Positions 59,433 to 64,000 of a stretch of DNA of 64,000 nucleotides are shown here, in pieces. Position numbers and translations under genes: made by a program. A model generated the notes under the pieces. It did no database searches, was not told the DNA's origin, and saw only the letters and a list, made by a program, of their open reading frames with translations. Position 1 is the stretch's first letter, and each line of letters opens with the position of its first letter. Source of the DNA: Carpediemonas membranifera BICM (taxonomy: Eukaryota > Protista > Fornicata). The DNA lies in NCBI GenBank assembly GCA_019828565.1, contig JAHDYR010000062.1, forward strand, positions 731,666 to 795,665, written 5' to 3'.

Positions 59433-59488
59433 TGTAGCGATCATTAAAGTGCACACCCCCGATCACTCGAAAGTCTACTGAGACTACA
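59433..59488 (+). repeat. Putative 56-bp 3' LTR (TGTAG...CTACA)
   Basis: Directly follows the PPT GGAGGGGAA, contains ATTAAA, has 5-bp inverted termini, and abuts the interrupted ABCA gene. Confidence 0.7.
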
Positions 59489-60480
59489 TGTCGAAGAGAA
59501 CTGGTCCGAGAGATACGAGACGATGCACGCCGATTCGTTGAGAACAATGGCGACAACTGTGCCTACGATGACGGCGACATGGACGTTTCTCAGCAGAGGC
59601 GCGATCATCATGGCTGTGGAGGCAAGGTTGGCTGCAAAGGCCACGAATAGAACAAAATATAGGAAAAAATTGTTCAGGGTGAAGAATCTGATGTCGAAAG
59701 CAAGGCCACTGATGATGATCGGGGTCAACGGGATGCACATGACACAAAAGGCCACCCCGTAGTTAACTGTCCAATAAACTGTGCGACGTACACCAAGGAT
59801 CGACAAATGACGGCGCATTCCCAGAGAGATATCCGCAGCGAGGCCGACCAGGATGGAGGGCAGCGCCATATGCAGTGCCATACCAAGCGGCTCTACGAGA
59901 GAAAGTGCTGTGTAGTCAACGGCGGCCTCGTCCTCCCTCCCTGGGGGTAGTCCGCGGTCGAGTGGGAGACGTATGAGAGGGCCGGGGAGACTGTCTGGAG
60001 CCAGGCGTTGGTCAGCATGTCATTCAGTGGGAGGAGGTGGGTGGATGAGAAGGAGCCCGCGCTATTGGGCTGGGTAACGGTGTCGTTGACGAGGATCTTC
60101 ACGTCAAGGCCGGTGGAGTCGGCCTTACTGAACACTACGGCACCCAGGGTCTCGTTGTGGTTGTCCCACGAGTCAAGGAAGAAGGTGTTTGCGGCAGCCT
60201 CAGATGCGGGCACGAACCTGGGAGAAACAACCCCGTTGATAGTGGAATTCTCAATCCCTGCGAGAAAACCTGATGCACCGCTGTCGTCTAGCTTGCCTAC
60301 ATCGACCCCTGCGTCCTCCGCATAGAAGACTGTGAATGGTTCAGGCTCGGAAGACTTTGGACTGTGAGCGGCGGCACTGACCTGAGACCAGCGCTGTGTC
60401 ATATTGCTAGGTGTGGAATCAGCTTCAAAGTATACGTCGAAGTTCGTGCTGAACGTGCCGAACGGCCTGATGACCCATGA
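59489..60480 (-). pseudogene. ABCA-family transporter N-terminal/TM fragment, disrupted
   Basis: LGAVVF ectodomain; MRRHLSILGVRRTVYW..Y; FFLYFVLF TM helices. Frameshifted and cut at the LTR, with no NBD. Confidence 0.65.
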
Positions 60481-60645
60481 TGAGTGGGAGGAGCGTCGTG
60501 TCGCTCGGGAGCTTGCTAATGCCGAGATTTGATAAACCTGCTAGGGTTGGGTGGCAAGGCTGGCAGACCAGTGGGCGTCATTGTAAAGTCTGGTGTAAAT
60601 TAGAGCATCCAGCCAGCATAAAGACGTTCTTTACATACACGACAC

Positions 60646-61978
60646 CTAGTTCTTCCCCTTCCGCTTCCTCGGCTTGCTGCTACCGCCCTTCTTCTTGCCC
60701 TTGTCAGCCTTGGTCTCCTGTGCGGCAGGCTCGAAGCTGAGGTCAGCCCCCTCATCTTCCTCGGTCACCTTGAGGTCCTCCTCGTGTGTCTTCATATAAA
60801 CCTTGGTCTTCACGATGGATGTCTTGACCATCTTGGCGAAGGCATCGAGGTCGACCTTGTGAGGTATGATCTTGGCCTTCTCAACGGCGCCGTTGTCGCC
60901 CAAGTCAAAGCCGGCGTTGAGTGCGATCTTCACGACCACGTTGTCAACTCGCGCTATGACTGCCCAGCGGCAGAATGTCTCAGGCTTCTTCGGGTCGGCC
61001 TTGTTCCTAACCTTCTTAAGCAGAGCGGACATGCCGGCGTTGCGGTGGCCGATGGTGAACTCACCGCGGCAGACGGCGGCCCAGGACGCGCCAAGGTCCC
61101 CGGAGAGCGGGAGGCACGGCGTTGCTGGAGAGACAGATGAGGTCATGGTCCCTAAGATGGTCAAGGGCGCCCGAGATGAAGCGCTGGGCCCCCTTCTTTG
61201 AGGAAAACGCCCAGCGACCGTCAAAGATGCGCTGGACGCTCGAAGAGATGCCTGCGGCCCACACAGCCTGGCCAACATACACTGGGCGATACTTCTTGCT
61301 CACCTTAGAGTCGGGGTCAGCGCCGGGGGTGTCGTCGAGCACGAGGTTGGCGATCTGGGGCACGTCGTTCATGCCGAGGAACATGTTGGACCGTGACTCC
61401 GCGGGCAGAGTGAGATTGACTTCAACAGAGTCGTGCAGTTTTGGGGCATCTGGGTTGGGGTCGTTGGAGACGTCGTCGGCGTCCTCCTCGGCCTCGTCGT
61501 TGACCGGGAGCTGGAAGGAGATGGTCTCGCCGGCCTCTGTTTCGATACGCTGCAGTGCCTCGAAGAATTCCTTGGCGGGCAGCTTATCGAGCTTGGCCGC
61601 GTCCGCGAGGTCGAGCTTGCGCTGGGCGATCTCCTTGCGTCTGAGCCACTCTGCGAGGTTAGCCTCGTCTCTCTTCGCCTTGATGTCAGCGGCGGCCTTC
61701 TCATCGACAGCTCCGCCCTTCTTCTCGGGGTAGGCGTTGACTGGCATCGTCTCGGGCTCCTGGTCGGGCAGGAGGTAGCCAACCTCGACGGCCCTGGCGC
61801 CCTTAGCGTCCTCGACGTTGACTAGCTGCAGCTGGAGGTCGCGCCACTCCTTATAAATTGGCCCGACCGCCAGAGTGCCGTCAGCGACCTGCTTGGCGAG
61901 GTCGGCGGGGTTATAGTGTAGAGGGTTCTTCACGATCTTGCTGCCCTTGCTGATGACGCCCTTGCTCGCCTTCTTCAT
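60646..61978 (-). CDS. Hypothetical protein with a frame break near 61090
   Basis: Codon-biased ORFs 61061..62056 and 60646..61278 join (AVPPALRG|DLGASWAAV). Confidence 0.55.
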
Positions 61979-62072
61979 CTTTGTCAGTGCCGACTCCGCT
62001 TGCCGGCTGACTCTCGCGATCGGGCCCGATCGCGGCCCAGTCGAGCGAATGCGCACTTTTTGCTCACAATTG

Positions 62073-63866
62073 ATGTTTCACTGTAAGAGTTACACCACCG
62101 GGTCCACCACTACGAATGCAGCAGACTATGCTAAACCACAGTACTACCGCCAGCATACTTCGATCTGGAAACAACCCAATGAGAAGCTCTGCAAATACAA
62201 CCTTTCGAAGGGCGAACAACAGTACAAGAACGAGAACGACTTTGTTGCATCCATTCCCACACGCTGTTTTGCTGGTGAGGACGTTATCGCCTGGTCTTAC
62301 GCCCCTTCCTCCGGGAAAACATCACTCGCACTCCTCACAACAGAGGACACGCTCAAGACTTCGCTGTTGAACGCAACTGAAGACGTTAAGACGAAGCTTA
62401 AGCAGCAGATTGGCCCTAAAGTAGCTGATCGCTTTACAGATGACCGGTTGCTCAGCCATCTCTCCACCGTGTTCGAGCCCTTCAGCAAGGCATTGCTGCA
62501 CCATACCGCTCAGCCCGACGCCGTCGTGTTTGTTTACCTCCCCGAGCACGATTTCGGCTTCGTCGAGCTGTTGTTTGAGGCGAAGCGCGCTGGTAATGTT
62601 CTTAATGCAACAGGGCAGGCCTTTGTATACGCCGAGACTCTCCGCCTAACAGTCATGCACGTGGTGCAGAAGAGGTTTGGCAGCGCGGATTGCTCAAAGG
62701 TCCCCGCTGTTCTCGTGGAGCGTTTCCCCGTCATCTCTTTGAGTTCCGCGCACGGCGTTGTGGGTCACCTGACGCCAGTTGGCGAGTTTGGCGTGTTCGC
62801 AGGCCCGTTCCCCGATGGTTACAACTGGACGTGGACGTGTGATAATTCTGCGGAACTGAACGTCGAACAGTTCGTCGAGATGCAATGGAGCTACGTCATC
62901 GCTACTGCACGCACGCTTAACACTCAGCTGTGTGATACCGCCTCCTGGAAGCTGTTCTTCCCAACCAAGTTCTGTCCACAGGGCTGTGCAAAGGAGTGTG
63001 CGCGGATGGTCACCACCTCTAACTCATTCCTGTACTTCTACGAGGATGGCGACCATAACAAGCTGCTGGCCAAGTTCGACCGCCACAGCCTTGGGCGCGC
63101 TGACCCCTCGTCACACTTCATGAGCAACCGTGACCATTTTTCTACGTTCCGTAAGATCATGAACCATGTATATTGCGAGTGCTCAAGTGAACCAGTGGGA
63201 GACGTGAGGGAGAAGCCCCCCCAGATTGTGTTCATACGCCCAGGTGCGCGGCATTGGAAACAGGTCAAGCCCATCTCCCAGAATTCTCTATCCTATTCAC
63301 TCCAGCGTGATCTGACGTCGACTCACCGCTTTGACATCACCGCTCTGATCGGCGCGATCTCTTCCCACCCCAAGCTGTTCGTCCAAAACATGATCCAGCA
63401 GCTCTGCAACATTTACTGTGATGATGTCTATGGCATCTGTTCCACGATTCTTCATCGCGACGCACGTCTCTGCAACATCTGCGTCATCAACAAGCTGCCC
63501 GATGCTGACTTTACTTTCGCCCCCGACGCCGAGAAAGGGGACGTTGCGTTCCGCCTGATTGACTGGGAGTGGATGCAAGTGTTTGATGGCTTTCTCCTTG
63601 TCGATGGGGATGCAGAACAAGCCCGCCGATCCCCCAACAACGTCGACCATGTAACCTCCACTAGTTGCCAGCTGGCCCAGCTGATCGGCAGCATGGAGCA
63701 TTACAATCATGTGAACAAGGTGGTAGGGATGGACAACGCTTTGACGTTGCTGGAGTCGTTGCAAGAGAAGATGAGCGGAGCCTCAGAAGTGCAAACCCTC
63801 GATGCGTTTGAGACGCTCATTCGCGAGTGGAGCACGGAGAATCTGAGTGTAAACGGGGGGGACTGA
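62073..63866 (+). CDS. PD-(D/E)xK nuclease-like + protein-kinase-like protein
   Basis: QPDAVVF...FEAKRAG...GQAFVYA; C-terminal ILHRDARLCNI...LIDWE. Confidence 0.65.
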   Translation: MFHCKSYTTGSTTTNAADYAKPQYYRQHTSIWKQPNEKLCKYNLSKGEQQYKNENDFVASIPTRCFAGEDVIAWSYAPSSGKTSLALLTTEDTLKTSLLNATEDVKTKLKQQIGPKVADRFTDDRLLSHLSTVFEPFSKALLHHTAQPDAVVFVYLPEHDFGFVELLFEAKRAGNVLNATGQAFVYAETLRLTVMHVVQKRFGSADCSKVPAVLVERFPVISLSSAHGVVGHLTPVGEFGVFAGPFPDGYNWTWTCDNSAELNVEQFVEMQWSYVIATARTLNTQLCDTASWKLFFPTKFCPQGCAKECARMVTTSNSFLYFYEDGDHNKLLAKFDRHSLGRADPSSHFMSNRDHFSTFRKIMNHVYCECSSEPVGDVREKPPQIVFIRPGARHWKQVKPISQNSLSYSLQRDLTSTHRFDITALIGAISSHPKLFVQNMIQQLCNIYCDDVYGICSTILHRDARLCNICVINKLPDADFTFAPDAEKGDVAFRLIDWEWMQVFDGFLLVDGDAEQARRSPNNVDHVTSTSCQLAQLIGSMEHYNHVNKVVGMDNALTLLESLQEKMSGASEVQTLDAFETLIREWSTENLSVNGGD

Positions 63867-64000
63867 GGCCCATTCATATGGTGATGCCACAAGACGAGAT
63901 AATTTCACTCACGCGAGGTTCAGCTTTTGGTGCTCTCCGCGTCGCCTGCGGAGGCCCGGCCAGCGTCAATCTCAGCCCAACTCCTGGAGGCGCCCATTAT

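Overview
Gene-dense, GC-rich genomic DNA from a unicellular eukaryote. Intergenic gaps are short, spliceosomal introns are mostly 28-35 nt, 3' ends carry TGTAAA/RTAAA signals, and a flagellar gene is present. This style suggests a free-living fornicate/metamonad such as Carpediemonas (inference only). Housekeeping genes: TBCB, PrxQ/BCP, SPT LCB2, PP2A-A, CCDC96, SPT16, a MORN protein, stand-alone eL40, monoubiquitin, DBP8, ELP1, tRNA-Val(GAC), UBA1, an SLC35F-type transporter and DNA polymerase alpha. Accessory RCC1-like and ankyrin genes are also present. Highlights: (1) two divergent, compact Fanzor1/TnpB-like RNA-guided nuclease genes (1-837 and 9749-10593, both minus strand), the second with an intact D-E-D RuvC triad and zinc finger and followed immediately by a run of hairpins (candidate omegaRNA); (2) a single-ORF fusion of an eIF4AIII/Fal1 helicase with its NOM1/Sgd1 MIF4G-MA3 partner; (3) a nested retroelement cluster (52.4-59.5 kb) with two different chromodomain-integrase gypsy elements ending in apparent 50- and 56-bp LTRs; (4) ankyrin-OTU-like and PD-(D/E)xK-kinase effector-like proteins. 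All calls come from motif reading by eye; no searches were run.
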